A DNA stretch of 24,066 bases from Ginkgo biloba (Eukaryota > Plantae > Ginkgophyta), in assembly GCA_024626585.2 (NCBI GenBank), contig JANKJI020000002.1, positions 19,250,080-19,274,145 of the forward strand, given 5' to 3'. Positions 21,955-24,066 of the stretch are shown here, piece by piece. Made by a program: the position numbers and the translations under genes. Position 1 is the first letter of the stretch. Each line of letters starts with the position of its first letter. Under the pieces are notes generated by a model. The model saw only the letters and a list, made by a program, of their open reading frames with translations, ran no database searches and was not told where the DNA came from.

Positions 21955-22465
21955 TTTATGTTTTGCAGGGACACAAAGGGGGCCTATATTTTGGGCCCAT
22001 GGAGTCTATCCTTATATAGGGATATGACCATAAGTAATCCCATGAGAGAATTATTCTAATTTATTATTTATTTAATAGGATTTTTCTCTACCATTGGTTT
22101 CTCTTATTAGTTGGTACAATCTCATTAGTTTATAAGGGATCCTTACATGGATAAGTCTATNNNNNNNNNNNNNNNNNNNNNNNNNNNNNNNNNNNNNNNN
22201 NNNNNNNNNNNNAATCTTGAATTATTAGATGAGTGGTGTGATAATCATATGCATGGATATATTATATTTTAAGAAAGCCTTGGCTATTATATTTGACAGG
22301 TTTCCACCTCAAGTGATGTCATGCTACAAGTTTAAAGTTTAATTGCTTCATGCAATTTAACTTTTATAGAATTACTATTTTACATTGATGTATGTCAAGT
22401 TTCTTTTCACTTCTAATCATTTAAGGATTCATTTATAATTAATCCTTACTTAGTATTTTGCATCA
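21955..22465 (+). repeat. 3' LTR
   Basis: Collinear with 19693-20171; ends ttttgCATCA followed by ATAAA. Confidence 0.9.
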
Positions 22466-22611
22466 ATAAATAAAACTATGATCCACTATAAGCATTTCAT
22501 CATAGGTCCATGCAATTTATTTTTATAATTATTGATAAAGGAATTTGAATTATTCTTCCTCTTGAGGAGTGTAATCATATCCAATGAGGATACATTTAGG
22601 ATTATTATTTT
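22466..22611 (-). pseudogene. Tat/Ogre-like pol, segment just upstream of RT (other half of the interrupted host element)
   Basis: Minus strand NNPKCILIGYDYTPQEEE*FKFL...IAWTYDEMLIVDHSFIY (cf. FAWSY.EMPG.DP.I..H). Joins in frame with the 19692 side. Confidence 0.85.
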
Positions 22612-24066
22612 NNNNNNNNNNNNNNNNNNNNNNNNNNNNNNNNNNNNNNNNNNNNNNNNNNNNNNNNNNNNNNNNNNNNNNNNNNNNNNNNNNNNNNNNN
22701 NNNNNNNNNNNNNNNNNNNNNNNNNNNNNNNNNNNNNNNNNNNNNNNNNNNNNNNNNNNNNNNNNNNNNNNNNNNNNNNNNNNNNNNNNNNNNNNNNNNN
22801 NNNNNNNNNNNNNNNNNNNNNNNNNNNNNNNNGGTGAAATTAGTCCCATGGAGATTGCTCTCCATACATGAAGTTAAGGATTGGCTTATGATTTTTTAAA
22901 ATTCCTAAGGTGGGAGACTAGTTAATGTATACAAAACACAACCATAGATGATTAAGGATATTATTTTAAAGAATATATAAGAGAATATCTAATCAAAATT
23001 TAAAATTAGGAAGTAACTTAGTGAGGCTAGGACCAAATTATAAGGATATATGTACATTATTAGGCAAGGTTGGTCAAACATGATCTGGTAGAGANNNNNN
23101 NNNNNNNNNNNNNNNNNNNNNNNNNNNNNNNNNNTGGGAGTATTCCCATGAAACCAACATATATTATGATTTGTAAGAGACTAATTGAGTTTTAATGAAT
23201 GGAACTTGAGATTTTTCATTAACATACAAATTATTCTCATAATCCCTAATGGAGTTTCTAATTATATTGCATAAATCAATAACCCATATAGATGTGGATA
23301 AGATGAAGTCAATAATCATACAACATATCAGAATATAATGAGTGTGGGGGAAGAATTTCTTATNNNNNNNNNNNNNNNNNNNNNNNNNNNNNNNNNNNNC
23401 TTAATCATATGAGATGATCTCCCTCAATTAATAATGATACATATAATATGAATGCAAATAGAGAAGAAAAAATATACTCTAAAGGAAAACATATGAGTAT
23501 ACACAAAGGCTTAATCTTGAGAAGGAAAAGATAATAATAACAATATGCATGAAGAGTTTGACAATGAAATAAATGATTTTACTTATGGATATAAGGTGGA
23601 AATAAAATATGGGTATTCTCAATAAATTAGGATCATACAATGGAAAAAATCCTCCTCTTCTTCTCCCTTGTGAGTAGCCATACCAAATGAATGGTCCAAG
23701 TGCCCCAAAAGAATGAAAAACTATAACTTGATGATGTATTATGGTGTCTTAGTCTTGTGATGTAGTTAATACTTCTCAAGTGATTTCTATAGATGATTTA
23801 AATACAAGGTGAAAGCCTCTTGATTATAATGATAATGCAATAATAAATATTACCTTGGTACATCCTCTATATTATATCATTTGAGTAGACATAGAATAAA
23901 GGTATATTATTAAAAGAGAGTTCACCTTATTATATTATAGAATAATGTGAAAATGATCATTCCATTGTCTAATGTTAAAAGAAAATGAATTTATGGATAT
24001 CATGTTTGGATCCCAAGGCAATAGTAAGTGAAAATGACGGCTATTAACAATATTAAAAAGTGTGAC

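Larger units (their letters stand above)
19693..22465 (+). mobile_element. Structurally complete, apparently non-autonomous CRM-like LTR retrotransposon with ATAAA target-site duplication
   Basis: Direct LTRs 19693-20171 and 21955-22465; TGAT...ATCA termini; PBS at 20174; PPT at 21942-21954; ATAAA at 19688-19692 and 22466-22470. No recognisable PR/RT/RH/INT core inside. Confidence 0.9.

Noticed and set aside
1035-22871. ORFs in the supplied track as protein-coding genes
   Set aside because: Most are open only because they read through Ns. The rest (e.g. 7657-7875, 19445-19774, 13681-13929) overlap LTRs, the antisense strand of RT, or the LINE tail, and show no host-protein motifs.
22833-24066. 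Coding or element assignment for the right end of the window
   Set aside because: Heavily decayed, with no diagnostic motif that I can support on either strand.

Overview
AT-rich eukaryotic DNA, most likely intergenic heterochromatin from a large land-plant genome (gymnosperm or fern is my inference). It is broken by about 22 N-runs, nine of them exactly 100 nt, so it is a fragmented scaffold. I find no intact host gene, tRNA, rRNA or CRISPR array, and the supplied ORFs are mostly artefacts of reading through Ns. The window is a layered stack of old, stop-riddled retroelements: two minus-strand Ty3/Gypsy RT remnants of non-chromovirus (Tat/Athila-like) type; plus-strand CRM-like chromovirus pieces (RNaseH-integrase 6368-7447, then LTR-PBS-gag-protease-RT 7452-10944); Copia-like LTR pieces; and the 3' part of an L1 LINE ORF2 (zf-RVT). 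The best-supported structure is a complete, apparently non-autonomous CRM-like LTR element at 19693-22465, with TGAT...ATCA ends, PBS, PPT and an ATAAA target-site duplication. Removing it restores the reading frame of the RT it landed in. Less explained are a CpG-retaining island of about 1.1 kb (14580-15720) rich in ACGT/TGACG motifs, a hairpin-dense segment with a palindromic 45-bp array (11830-12672), a 20-bp minisatellite with higher-order structure, and a cluster of alternating AGGTGA motifs. I cannot support a new biological system from this sequence; the island and the palindromic array are the best leads.
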